From Chryseobacterium gleum (GTDB taxonomy: Bacteria > Bacteroidota > Bacteroidia > Flavobacteriales_F > PHOS-HE28), in contig CAMCAZ010000010.1 of assembly GCA_945872795.1 (NCBI GenBank), positions 2,135 to 66,134 on the forward strand: a DNA stretch of 64,000 nt, in the 5' to 3' direction. The translations under genes and the position numbers were made by a program. Positions 48,733 through 58,476 of this stretch are shown one piece after another (within the stretch, counting starts at the first letter, position 1; every line of letters begins with the position of its first letter). The notes under the pieces were generated by a model. That model worked only from the letters and a program-made list of their open reading frames with translations. It was not told the origin of the DNA and made no database searches.

Positions 48733-50034
48733 TTGCATAGGCCCTTCCACGATCTCCTGCGCGATCAATCCACCGGCGGGGTCCTCCTCTTCGTGGTGGC
48801 CGTGATCGCCATGGTCTGGGCCAATTCGCCTTGGAAGGAGAGCCACCATCACCTGTGGGAACATACCATGGCCATCAGCTTCGATGCGTGGAAGGTGGAA
48901 CGCACGCTGAACCATTGGATCAATGATGGTCTCATGGCCATGTTCTTCTTCCTGGTCGACCTCGAACTGAAGCGTGAAATAGTAGGGGGCGAACTGTCCC
49001 GACCACACGATGCGGTGCTTCCCTTAGCGCCCTGATTTGGAGGTATGATCGTGCCAGCGCTCATCTTTCTGCTGTTCAACCCGAGCGGCGAATCCCATGC
49101 GGTATGGGGCATCCCCATGGCCACGGACATTGCCCTCGCTATCGGACTGTTGGCCCTGTTGGGCAGTCGTGCCCCCATCGCCCTCAAGCTCTTCATCACC
49201 ACGTTGGCCATCGCCGATGGCCTGGGTGCGGTGCTGGTCATCGCCATCTTCTACAGGTCGGATATCAGCTTCATCAACCTCGCGATCGGTGCTGGGTTCC
49301 TGCTCATGCTCGTCGCCGGCAAAGTGCTGGGCGTTCGCAGTCCGTGGTACAACGCCCTGTTCGGTGTCGATGGGATGTGGACGGCCTTTCTGCTCAGCGG
49401 CATCCACGCCACGGTGGCCAGGGTGCTGCCGGCCTTCGCCATCCCCGCCGTGACGCGGATTGACGAGGTGACCTACATCAGGCGCATCACCAAGTAAGTG
49501 CGGGAGTTCGCCGCGCTGAAGCCGAACGAGCTTCCCACGCTCACCGAAGAGCAGTTGCACGTGATCGAGAAGATCGATGAGGCCAGCGAGAACGCGGAGA
49601 CCCCGCTCCAGCGCTTGGAGCACAAGCTCCAGCCTCTGGTGATGTTCGGGGTGATGCCGCACCTTGCCATGGCCAATGCGAGGGGGGAACTGCCGGACGA
49701 CATGGGCGCGGCGCGCGCCAGTTCGGTCACCCTGGGCGTAGGTCTGGGCCTGCTGCTGGGCAAGCCGCTGGGGATCCTGCTCACCTGCTGGATCTTCGTT
49801 CGCCTGGGCCCGCATCGGACCGGTGCTCACTTGGAGCCATCTCGTCGGTGCCGCCTTTCTTGCCGGGGTGGGCTTCACCAGGTCGCTGTTCGTGCATGAA
49901 CTGGCCTTTGTTTCCCCCTGCTGCGGCAACAGGCCAAGTTGGGTATTCTCGTGGCTTCCGTGCTGGCGGGCACCATCGGCTTCCTTCTCCTTCGCCGATC
50001 GCCGCCGGTCACAGAAGGGTCGGATGGGGAATGA
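48733..50034 (+). pseudogene. nhaA: Na+/H+ antiporter NhaA, disrupted by two in-frame stops and two frameshifts
   Basis: NhaA homology runs along the whole span (…WINDGLMAMFFFLVDLELKRE…GIPMATDIALAIGLLALLG…SPLQRLEH…). In-frame TGA at 49036 and TAA at 49495. Frame change near 49810, back near 49930. Confidence 0.75.
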
Positions 50035-50129
50035 ACCGTGATCCGTTGAAGAGTTCATGTTAAGCCTATGTTAACATGAAGTGAACATTCGTGTACCTTT
50101 GGACGTACTGAAGGTCGAGACACGAACAC

Positions 50130-50525
50130 ATGCGCATCTTCCTGGTCATCGTATCCCTGTTGTCGCTGGGCACTGTCTCAGCGCAGGAACTGCTTGGTCA
50201 GGAGCGCTGGCCGGATGGCAGCTTGAAGGCGACCCGCTACAGCGAGGGTGACCGTATCCACTTCATCACCTACCACGAGAACGGCAAGGTGAAGGAGATG
50301 GGGACCTTCCTTCAGGGCAAGCGCGACGGCGAATGGAAGCAGTACACAGATAGCGGTGCCCTGGTGGCGCGGGCGGCCTTCAACAAGGGAGTGCGTCAGG
50401 GGGTGTGGGAGTTCCGCAACGGTGCCGATCGGCCGCTGGGCCTTCTGGTCTACAGCAACGGGGCACTGGTCCGTGGGGAGACCTACGACGAGGGCGGTGG
50501 CCTGTTGGCGCAACGCGATTACTGA
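50130..50525 (+). CDS. secreted MORN-variant repeat protein (YwqK-like family)
   Basis: Signal peptide; repeated G-x-W-x-x-Y/F MORN-like units (GKRDGEWKQYTDSG, GVRQGVWEFRNG). Confidence 0.55.
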   Translation: MRIFLVIVSLLSLGTVSAQELLGQERWPDGSLKATRYSEGDRIHFITYHENGKVKEMGTFLQGKRDGEWKQYTDSGALVARAAFNKGVRQGVWEFRNGADRPLGLLVYSNGALVRGETYDEGGGLLAQRDY

Positions 50526-50535
50526 GCGATCACCA

Positions 50536-50578
50536 CGGAATGGAAGAGGGGCGCTGATGAGGCGCCCTTCCTGCTTTC
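50536..50578 (+). terminator. GC hairpin (GGAAGAGGGGCGC…GCGCCCTTCC) followed by TGCTTTCTT; candidate intrinsic terminator
   Basis: Inverted repeat plus T-rich tail right after the stop codon. Confidence 0.5.
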
Positions 50579-50684
50579 TTGGTGCGTTACGCAGCTTCCC
50601 GTGGATGTGGTCGGGACTCCGAACACCGTATCCCCGTCACTGCAGAGGCTGCGACCAACCAAAGGTTGATCGCCGTTCTGGCCG

Positions 50685-51101
50685 TCAGGCCTTCCGGAAC
50701 ACGTCCTCCGGATCGGGGAAGGCCTTGAACTCGATGGCGTGCCCGTCCGGGTCCTCGATGAACATGCTCATCTGTTCACCCACCTCTCCCTTCATCACGG
50801 TGCGGGGCTCGATGAAGAACGGGTGTCCCACCTTCTTCAATTTGTCGCGCAGCTTCTTCCAGTCGGACATGCCGAGCACGATGCCCCAATGGTCGCTGGG
50901 CACATTGGACTTCGGGTTGTAGATCCGCGCGGTCTTGATCAGTTTGGGCACCTGCTGTATGGTCAGTTGGTGCCCGAAGAAATCGTAATCCACCCAGCTG
51001 TCGGCGCTGCGCCCTTCGCGGCAGCCTAGGAATTTGCCATAGAAGGCCTTGATCCGTTTGAGGTCCGTGGTGGCAAAGGCGAGGTGGAAGGTGCCGTGCA
51101 T
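50685..51101 (-). CDS. VOC-family (glyoxalase/bleomycin-resistance/dioxygenase fold) protein
   Basis: Paired beta-alpha-beta-beta-beta modules with HLAF…/…HAIEF metal-ligand-like positions. Confidence 0.7.
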   Translation of the reverse strand: MHGTFHLAFATTDLKRIKAFYGKFLGCREGRSADSWVDYDFFGHQLTIQQVPKLIKTARIYNPKSNVPSDHWGIVLGMSDWKKLRDKLKKVGHPFFIEPRTVMKGEVGEQMSMFIEDPDGHAIEFKAFPDPEDVFRKA

Positions 51102-51196
51102 GGGGTGGGTATCGGATGCCCCAAAGTAGCAACGGCCTTGATCGCCGGGATCAAGGCCGTTGACGTGTTATCAGCAACCAGGGGTGAATGGAGCGG

Positions 51197-51592
51197 TCAG
51201 TCCTCATCATCGTCGCCGCTGTCATCGGCAACGTCATCCGCATCGGTATCCTCGTCCGCATCGTCCTCCGTGGCATCGTCATCGCTTTCTGCGCTGTCGT
51301 CGTCGCCACCGATCTCGCTGGCTTCATCCATGTCATCGCCAACGGGCGCTGCATCCTCCTGGTCCAGGAATTCCTCGATCTCCGCCCGGCTCTCCGGGTT
51401 GATCTTGATGAGGTACATGGCGTCCGGGGTGCGCAGTTCGATGACGCGCAGGATATCCCCCTTGGCCGTGGGGATGGTCTTGATGTGGGTGCTGTCGATA
51501 CCGTCCGGATACTGCTCTTGCAGGGTTTCCTTGAGGGTGTCGGTCAGGGTGTTGAAGGAGCGGATCAGGCGTTGCATGGGGTGGTTGCTCAC
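51197..51592 (-). CDS. hypothetical protein with extremely acidic C-terminal tail (~55 residues, almost all D/E)
   Basis: Globular N-terminus then DDMDEASEIGGDDDSAESDDDATEDDADEDTDADDVADDSGDDDED; start overlaps the stop of the upstream DHS-like gene (ATGA). Confidence 0.45.
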   Translation of the reverse strand: MSNHPMQRLIRSFNTLTDTLKETLQEQYPDGIDSTHIKTIPTAKGDILRVIELRTPDAMYLIKINPESRAEIEEFLDQEDAAPVGDDMDEASEIGGDDDSAESDDDATEDDADEDTDADDVADDSGDDDED

Positions 51593-52566
51593 ATGTCGAG
51601 GACGTATGCAAATATCAGTGGCGCAACGATCGTGGCGTCACTTTCGATGATGAATTTCGGCGTATCAATGTCCAATTTGCCCCAGGTGATCTTCTCGTTG
51701 GGCACGGCACCACTATAGCTTCCATAGCTGGTGGTGCTGTCGCTGATCTGGCAGAAATAGCTCCAGAACGGAATGCTCTCACGCTGGAGGTCCTGGTGTA
51801 GCATGGGCACCACACAGATGGGGAAGTCCCCGGCGATACCTCCACCGATCTGGAAGAAGCCGATGCCGTCGGTCCCGCAGTTGTTGGTGTACCAGTCGGC
51901 GAGGAACATCATGTACTCGATGCCGCTCTTCATCATCCCGGGTTTGCAGTCGCCCACGATGCAATGACCGGCGAAGATGTTGCCCAAGGTGCTGTCCTCC
52001 CATCCGGGACAGATGATGGGCAGGTTGCGCTCGGCAGCGGCCACCATCCAACTGTCCTTGGGGTCGATCTGGTAATACTGCTCCAGGACCCCGGAGCGGA
52101 TCATCTCATAGAAATACTCATGGGGAAAGCGGCGGTTCCCGCTCTTGTCATCGGCCGTCCACAGGTCCACCACGTGCTTCTCCAAGCGCCGGAAGGCCTC
52201 GTGCTCGGGGATGCAGGTGTCCGTCACCCGGTTCATGCCCCGGTCCAGCAGGTCGCGTTCTTGGGCGGGTGTAAGATCCCGGTAGTTGGGTACACGCTCG
52301 TAGTGGTCATGGGCCACCAGGTTCATCACATCCTCCTCCAAGTTGGCGCCGGTGCAGCTGATGATGTCCACCTTGCCCTGACGGATCATCTCAGCGAAGA
52401 TCTTTCCGAGCTCGGCGGTGCTCATGGCGCCGGCAAGGGTCACCATCATTTTGCGGCCTTGGGCCAGGTGGGCTTTGTATCCTTGGGCGGCATCCACGAG
52501 CGCTGCTGCATTGAAGTGCAGGTAGTGCTTTTCCATGAAGGCCGAGAGAGGGCGGTTGGTGCTCAT
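51589..52566 (-). CDS. deoxyhypusine synthase family protein (bacterial DHS-like / homospermidine-synthase-like)
   Basis: DHS family core motifs (ISCTGANLEEDV, FQIGGGIAGDFPI); 325 aa. Confidence 0.8.
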   Translation of the reverse strand: MSTNRPLSAFMEKHYLHFNAAALVDAAQGYKAHLAQGRKMMVTLAGAMSTAELGKIFAEMIRQGKVDIISCTGANLEEDVMNLVAHDHYERVPNYRDLTPAQERDLLDRGMNRVTDTCIPEHEAFRRLEKHVVDLWTADDKSGNRRFPHEYFYEMIRSGVLEQYYQIDPKDSWMVAAAERNLPIICPGWEDSTLGNIFAGHCIVGDCKPGMMKSGIEYMMFLADWYTNNCGTDGIGFFQIGGGIAGDFPICVVPMLHQDLQRESIPFWSYFCQISDSTTSYGSYSGAVPNEKITWGKLDIDTPKFIIESDATIVAPLIFAYVLDM

Positions 52567-52641
52567 CGCAATGATCGGGGTCGAAATATAGATGCGTGAT
52601 GTGAATTGGAAAGCGGGTGCCGTGAAGTTCCTTGAAACGTC

Positions 52642-54039
52642 CTAGGTGGGAAGGTAGCCCAACAACTGGAGCATCCGTTCCGCGGTCTGTTGCTCGGCGA
52701 AGACGCGGTCCACCAAGGTGCCATCGGGAAGTCGGTCCAACAGCACGTGCCTCGGCTTGGGGATCAGGCAATGCTGGATGCCACCGAATCCACCCAAGGT
52801 GTCCTGGTATGCGCCGGTGTTGAAGTAGCCGATGTACTGCTTGCGGTCCTCGCGGTACTTGGGCAGGTAGATTGCGTTGATGTGCTGCTCGCTGTTGTAG
52901 TAGTCATCACTGTCGCAGGTCATACCGCCCAGGAACACGCGCTCATACTCATCATCCCAGTTGTTCACCGGCAGCATGATGAAGCGTTTGCTGATGGCCC
53001 AGGTGTCCGGCAGGGTGGTCATGAACGATCCATCGATCATGTTCCAGCGCTCCTTTTCGTTCTGCTTCTTCTGGTAGAGGATGCTGAAGAAGGTGGCACC
53101 GCTGTCGCTCACGGTGAAACTGCCGAACTCACTGAAGATGTTCGGTTCCTGGACCTTATTCTCCTCGCAGATGTCCTTGATGCGCCCCACGATCTCGCCG
53201 ATCATGTAGTCCAGGTCGAAGCTGAAGTTGAGGCTGTTCTTGATGGGAAGGCCACCGCCGATATCCAGGGTGTCCAGCGTGCGACACAGCTTCCACAGAT
53301 CGCAATAGACGTTCACGCACTTGGTGAGCTCGTTCCAGTAATAGGCCGTGTCCGTGATGCCGGTATTGATGAAGAAGTGCATCAGCTTCAAGCGGAACTT
53401 CTTCTGCTTGCTGATGTTCCGCATGTAAAAGGGGATGATGTCCTTGTACCCGATGCCCAGTCGGCTGGTATAGAACTCGAACTTGGGCGCCTCCTCAGCG
53501 GCGATGCGGATGCCGATGTCGCAGTTCCCTTCGATCACCTCGTCCAGCGCATAGATCTCCGACATGTTGTCGATGATGGGCACGATGTTGTAGCCCCGGT
53601 TGGCGAGCTTGCCGATCCCCTTGATGTAGCGTTCGTCCTTGAAGCCGTTGCAGAGGATCGTGGCGTCCTTGGTGATGCGGCCGCGTTCGATGAGCAGCTC
53701 GATCATCTCCAGGTCATAGGCGCTGCTGGTCTCCAGGTTCACGCCCTTGTCCAGCACCTTGTCGATGACATAGCTGAAGTGATTGCTCTTGGTGCAGTAG
53801 AAGTACTCGTACGAACCACCGTACTGGTGCTCCGTGATGGCCTTGTTGAAGCTGTTCCTGGCCAGATCGATCTTCTCGCCGATCTTGGGCAGGTAGGTGA
53901 TGCGCAGGGGAGTACCGTGCTTTTCCAACAGCTCTGTGAGCGGCAGGTCGTTCCATAGAAGCTTGTCGGCCTCCAACTTGAACTCATCCCGTGGAAAATC
54001 GAAGGTCTGTTCGATCAGGTCGATGTAGCGGGTCTTCAT
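52642..54039 (-). CDS. speA: biosynthetic arginine decarboxylase (PLP-dependent, fold III)
   Basis: Orn/DAP/Arg decarboxylase family 2 motifs (YCTKSNH PLP-lysine region, GGG loop). Confidence 0.85.
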   Translation of the reverse strand: MKTRYIDLIEQTFDFPRDEFKLEADKLLWNDLPLTELLEKHGTPLRITYLPKIGEKIDLARNSFNKAITEHQYGGSYEYFYCTKSNHFSYVIDKVLDKGVNLETSSAYDLEMIELLIERGRITKDATILCNGFKDERYIKGIGKLANRGYNIVPIIDNMSEIYALDEVIEGNCDIGIRIAAEEAPKFEFYTSRLGIGYKDIIPFYMRNISKQKKFRLKLMHFFINTGITDTAYYWNELTKCVNVYCDLWKLCRTLDTLDIGGGLPIKNSLNFSFDLDYMIGEIVGRIKDICEENKVQEPNIFSEFGSFTVSDSGATFFSILYQKKQNEKERWNMIDGSFMTTLPDTWAISKRFIMLPVNNWDDEYERVFLGGMTCDSDDYYNSEQHINAIYLPKYREDRKQYIGYFNTGAYQDTLGGFGGIQHCLIPKPRHVLLDRLPDGTLVDRVFAEQQTAERMLQLLGYLPT

Positions 54040-54377
54040 TGATCGGAAAAGCCGGTGTCAAATGGTGAACAGGGGGCGGACGGTCGGAGGACGGCCGGGG
54101 CCATGCAATTGCTTCGGACCGATCGAGGGAAACTTGCCGTTGGCAGGGCACGGTGGGCTTCAGTTGCCCGGTCACGCTTGGTGCGAACGGCGGGATGCGT
54201 CATCGGAATGCGCTGGACGGCACCCAAGCGGCGCATCCCTCCAATGACCGGCAGATAGCTGCCGCAAGGGTGGTATGGCGTCCGGATGGGTTCATGCTGT
54301 ACGGTGCAAAAGTAGAGGGCTGTGCGGTCCGCCGATCCACCGGGGTGAAATTGTGGTGTTCCGGTCCATCCCCGGTG

Positions 54378-55439
54378 TCACAGCCAGCGTTTCTTCCGGA
54401 ACCAGAGCAGCATCAGGACGGCGATGAGGGTCATGGTGCCCATCACACCGAAATAGCCGTAGCGCCATTCCAGTTCGGGCATGTGATGAAAGTTCATTCC
54501 GTACACGCCCACCACGAAGGTGAGCGGGATGAAGATGGTGCTGATCACCGTCAGCAGCTTCATCACCTGACCCATGCGCATGTTCACGCCCGCATGGTAG
54601 GTGTTCTCCAGGCTGCCCAGCATTTCGCGGAAGGTGGCGATGGTCTCGGCGATGTAGACGGTGTGGTCCTGCAGGTCGTTGATGTAGCGCCGGGTGGGCT
54701 TCTCGATCAGCGGGCTTTGGATGGTGTTCAGGCGGCCCGCCAATTCCCGGGTGGGGGTGACGTAGCGGTTCACGAGAATGAGCATGCTGCGGAGCTCCTG
54801 AATGGTGATCAGGTCCTCGTTCCCGGGGCGGACCAGCACCTTGCGCTCCAGTTCCTCGATGCGCTTGCCCAGGTCCTCCACGATCAGGAAGTAATGGTCG
54901 ACGATCACGTCCAGCAAGGCATAGAGCAGGTAATCCGCACCAGATCGGCGGACCCGCCCCAGGTCCTTTCGGATCCGTTCCCGGATGGGGTCCAGCACAT
55001 CTCCGGGACGCTCCTGGAAGGAGATCACGAGGCTTTTGCGCAGTACGAAACAGATCTGTTCGGTGTGGATACCTCCCGTTTCCTCGTCTAGCTGGAGCAT
55101 CTTGACCACCACGAACAGGGTGTCCTGGTACTCCTCCACCTTGGGGCGATGGTCGGTGTTCAGGATGTCCTCGAGCAGCAGCGGGTGCAGGTTGAACAGT
55201 TCACCTGCCGAGTGGATGGTCCGGTCCGAGGTCAAACCGTCCACGTCCAGCCAGGTGGTGAATTGTTCAGGGTCCGGAATGATCAGGTCGGAAAGCTCGC
55301 TCAAGGGCTGCTCCTTGTATCCGGCGGTGTTGTAGTAGAACAGCCGGATGGAGTTCCGGGCCCCCTCATCCACACCCACGTGGATGAGCGATCCCGGAGG
55401 GAGGCCGATCTTCCCGGCACGGCTTTTCACCTTCTTCAT
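54378..55439 (-). CDS. corA: CorA-family magnesium/cobalt transporter
   Basis: Two C-terminal TM helices with YGMNF (GMN) signature. Confidence 0.85.
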   Translation of the reverse strand: MKKVKSRAGKIGLPPGSLIHVGVDEGARNSIRLFYYNTAGYKEQPLSELSDLIIPDPEQFTTWLDVDGLTSDRTIHSAGELFNLHPLLLEDILNTDHRPKVEEYQDTLFVVVKMLQLDEETGGIHTEQICFVLRKSLVISFQERPGDVLDPIRERIRKDLGRVRRSGADYLLYALLDVIVDHYFLIVEDLGKRIEELERKVLVRPGNEDLITIQELRSMLILVNRYVTPTRELAGRLNTIQSPLIEKPTRRYINDLQDHTVYIAETIATFREMLGSLENTYHAGVNMRMGQVMKLLTVISTIFIPLTFVVGVYGMNFHHMPELEWRYGYFGVMGTMTLIAVLMLLWFRKKRWL

Positions 55440-55504
55440 TGCGTGGACACTTGGTCGTTCACTGGCACTGACCTACTGGATCGGTGGACCGTTGCAGTTG
55501 AGTG

Positions 55505-56218
55505 TCAGGGACGGAGGTCGGTGAGGTCCTTGCGGAAGCTGGTGCCGTCCAGCACGGTCAACGTTGCCTGCCCATGCCTGAACAGTTTCATGTCCCGGCC
55601 TTTCAGGGTCACTTTGCCATCCTGTATGTGCAGAAGCGAGCCTTCACGCAAGCCTGCCACGGGCATCGCTGGGTTCATCGCCAGGAATTCGGCGATGCGT
55701 TGGTCGCGGCTTTCCCCACCGTGGCCGGGAATGCTGGCCTCGGTATAATGCGGATTGATCTGGAAGGGCACGAGATGCATCGCCCGAAGTGATGGTGGTT
55801 CCACCACGGGCATGTCGTTGGTGGTCATGATGGTGGGGCAGGCCACATTGCTCCCTGCGCTCCAGCCCAGGTAGGGCATGCCTTTCCGAACGCGATCGGC
55901 CACGGTGCGCACCAGTCCCGTCCGGTACATCTGACGGAGCAACAGGAAGGAATTGCCCCCTCCGACCGCCACGGCATCCGCACTGTCCAGCGCCGCCGCC
56001 ATGTCCATCTCACCCATCAGGGGCACCAGTTCCACGTTCATTCCCGCGAACACCGCAGCCACCTTTGCCACATAGTCGGCCTGCTGTTCGGGAACAGCGG
56101 CCAAGGGTACGAAAGCCAGACGCTTTTTGCCCTGCAGGAAGTTCGCCACATGGGCGGCCGGCCAATGGAAGAAGGGCTCGCCGGGAAGGGTGGAGTTGGA
56201 GAGGAGGAGCAGTTCCAT
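55505..56218 (-). CDS. pepE: dipeptidase E (peptidase S51, alpha-aspartyl dipeptidase)
   Basis: S51 family nucleophile region GWSAGSNVA and His/Glu region. Confidence 0.8.
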   Translation of the reverse strand: MELLLLSNSTLPGEPFFHWPAAHVANFLQGKKRLAFVPLAAVPEQQADYVAKVAAVFAGMNVELVPLMGEMDMAAALDSADAVAVGGGNSFLLLRQMYRTGLVRTVADRVRKGMPYLGWSAGSNVACPTIMTTNDMPVVEPPSLRAMHLVPFQINPHYTEASIPGHGGESRDQRIAEFLAMNPAMPVAGLREGSLLHIQDGKVTLKGRDMKLFRHGQATLTVLDGTSFRKDLTDLRP

Positions 56219-56223
56219 GTGGG

Positions 56224-58473
56224 CTAAGGTATCACCGTGCCCAGGATGATCAGTTCAACCTTGCTCGGCACGCCATCGGTGGTGATGGTCACCGTGCGCT
56301 TCAGGCTTCCGAGCGGTGCGCGGCCGCTGAAATGGATGGATACCGGAATTTCGGTTCCTGGGCGAATGGCCTGCTGTGGCAGTTCTGCCGTGGTGCAGCC
56401 GCAGTCGGCGGTGCTCTCCAGTAAACGCAAAGGCCGCGAACCTTCGTTCCGGATGGGGAACAGGATGGCGCGTTCCTGGTCCTGTTGGATGTTCCCCAGG
56501 TCCTGGGTTATCTTTATCGTTCCTGTGGTGTTCAACGTGCGTTCCACCAGGTCCACGGCGATCACCTCGATCCGTCGTTCACGCGCAGCCTCCACGCTGT
56601 ACACCGAGCGTTGGAGGTCGCCGATGTCATCACTGACACCCGCGACCGAGCGCTCCTCGCCGAAGGGCAGTTCACGCACCTGCAGCATGGCACCGTTCGT
56701 GGCAGTGTCGTTCAGGTAGGGGGCCAACACTCCATCGTTCACCATGCGGAGGTGCTGCCGCAGGCTCTCGATCCGGCGGCTCGACAGGTTCCGGTTGTAA
56801 TCGTTGCGGGCCAAGGGGCTGGCGTGTCCCCTGACATCGAGCGTGATGCTGGCACCTTGTTCCAATTCCGTGGTCAGGACCTCGACCAGTTCGCCGAGGG
56901 CTTGGAAACCTCCATCGACCTCCTCCCGAAAGAAGTCCTCCAGAGGCTTCGGGTCCTTCTGGTCGCGGAGGTAGTCGGGCACCAGCTTCTTGTACCGTGT
57001 GTAGGTAGTTCCATAATCCTGTGCGGTGGTCACGGCCCACGAGCGGGGCTCCGGTTCGTCGTTATGGAAGTAAAGCTTCAGGGGGAAGCGACGACGGATG
57101 TCGGCGATGTTACTTGCGGCCAACGTTCGTTGAACGACAGAGGTGCTGTCCGGAACCAGCGCGACGGGGCCTGTACGCGGGCCGGAAAGGGTCCAGCGAT
57201 ACAGGTCATTGCAGCAGGTTTCGCCCTTTGCGGCGAATGATCCGACGCGGTTGCTGGTCAGCCAGCCTTCACCACGTTCCGGAAAGATCGCCGGGTACAG
57301 GTCGTTGGCGGGGCTGTTGATCGGGACGCCGGCATTGATGGCCTCGGTGAACACATCATTCTCCAGCGTGGCCGTGAAGATGTCGTAACCGCCGAGGCCG
57401 GGAAGGTGGTCCGAACTGAACCATAGCGCTTGGGAAAGCGTGTCGTACCAAGGGCTGCGTTCGTTGCCTGGGCTGTTCACCGAAGCGCCGAGCGGGTACA
57501 CTTCCACAGCACGACCGTTCTCCAGCCGCGCCTGCCAGATGTCCGTTCCACCCTGCCCGCCCTCACGGTCGCTGACGAATAGCAGCATCTCACGGTCCTC
57601 CCACCTCACCACCATGGGTTGGGTGCTCATGGCCTCTCCCAGGCCTTCCAGCGGTGTGGCGATGATGTCCGTTACATTGAACGGGCTATAGTGGATCCGG
57701 CAGGGCCCATCATCCGGACACAGGGTGAACAGCATCCATTGGGAACTGAGCGTCCAAGTGGGATTCGCAAGGTCTCCCTGTCCGCTGATCGGATCCATGA
57801 TACCAGGCTCGTTCCATTGGTCGCCATCGCCCGTACTCCGGAAGATCCTGGTCCTGTAGGTGGCCGGATCAAGCACTTCTCCCTCGGGGTTCAGCGCTCC
57901 CCGAAGACTCGTGAAATAGAGGGCACTGTCCGGACCGATGCGTGCCCCGAACTCACTGTCGTAGGTATTGATCGGCGCGGTCAGATGTTCAAGTTCCACG
58001 GGCGATGGCTGCACGTTCACCGCACGCGCCAGCTGGATGCCGGCCAGGGCATTGGTCGCCCGTAAGGCCAGCACCGACCGCTTGTCCTTTTCCTTCTGGA
58101 GGACCTTGTTCCAGGTGCGCTCGGCATCGTCGTACGCTCCCATCGACAGCTGCATCTCTCCCAGCCAGCGCAGGGCTTCGGGATAGGTGCGACCCATGTC
58201 CTTGCGTTGCACTTTGTCGTAGAGCGCGGCGGCGCGGTCATATTGGTTGCTCAAGCGACAGGCTTCAGCCTGTTTCCATTGCAGGCTCATGCGTCCGGGT
58301 TCCAACACAAGGGCACCATCATAGAAGCGCGATGCACCGTAATGCTCGCCGCGGGCCATGGAGGCGTCGCCCCAAGTGGTCCACTGCTCCAGTGACTGCC
58401 CTGCGATCGTTCGGGCGGCCAGCAGGAGCGCCAGCAAGGTGAGGGTGCGAAAGGAGAAGGTGGACAAGGCCAT
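56224..58473 (-). CDS. PorE-like T9SS-associated protein: TPR, TolB-like beta-propeller, OmpA_C peptidoglycan-binding domain, plus C-terminal DUF1573-like domain
   Basis: Signal peptide; TPR N-terminus; PD40/WD40-like propeller repeats; OmpA_C (…DVRGHASPLARNDYNRNLSSRRIESL…); C-terminal CGCT-containing DUF1573-like fold. Confidence 0.6.
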   Translation of the reverse strand: MALSTFSFRTLTLLALLLAARTIAGQSLEQWTTWGDASMARGEHYGASRFYDGALVLEPGRMSLQWKQAEACRLSNQYDRAAALYDKVQRKDMGRTYPEALRWLGEMQLSMGAYDDAERTWNKVLQKEKDKRSVLALRATNALAGIQLARAVNVQPSPVELEHLTAPINTYDSEFGARIGPDSALYFTSLRGALNPEGEVLDPATYRTRIFRSTGDGDQWNEPGIMDPISGQGDLANPTWTLSSQWMLFTLCPDDGPCRIHYSPFNVTDIIATPLEGLGEAMSTQPMVVRWEDREMLLFVSDREGGQGGTDIWQARLENGRAVEVYPLGASVNSPGNERSPWYDTLSQALWFSSDHLPGLGGYDIFTATLENDVFTEAINAGVPINSPANDLYPAIFPERGEGWLTSNRVGSFAAKGETCCNDLYRWTLSGPRTGPVALVPDSTSVVQRTLAASNIADIRRRFPLKLYFHNDEPEPRSWAVTTAQDYGTTYTRYKKLVPDYLRDQKDPKPLEDFFREEVDGGFQALGELVEVLTTELEQGASITLDVRGHASPLARNDYNRNLSSRRIESLRQHLRMVNDGVLAPYLNDTATNGAMLQVRELPFGEERSVAGVSDDIGDLQRSVYSVEAARERRIEVIAVDLVERTLNTTGTIKITQDLGNIQQDQERAILFPIRNEGSRPLRLLESTADCGCTTAELPQQAIRPGTEIPVSIHFSGRAPLGSLKRTVTITTDGVPSKVELIILGTVIP

Positions 58474-58476
58474 GGC

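Noticed and set aside
49036-49497. In-frame TGA and TAA in nhaA as possible selenocysteine or recoding, or an alternative genetic code
   Set aside because: No SECIS-like hairpin follows the TGA. The aligned residue in homologs is Leu/Gly, not Cys. TAA is also present, two frameshifts accompany them, and every other gene in the window terminates at standard stops.
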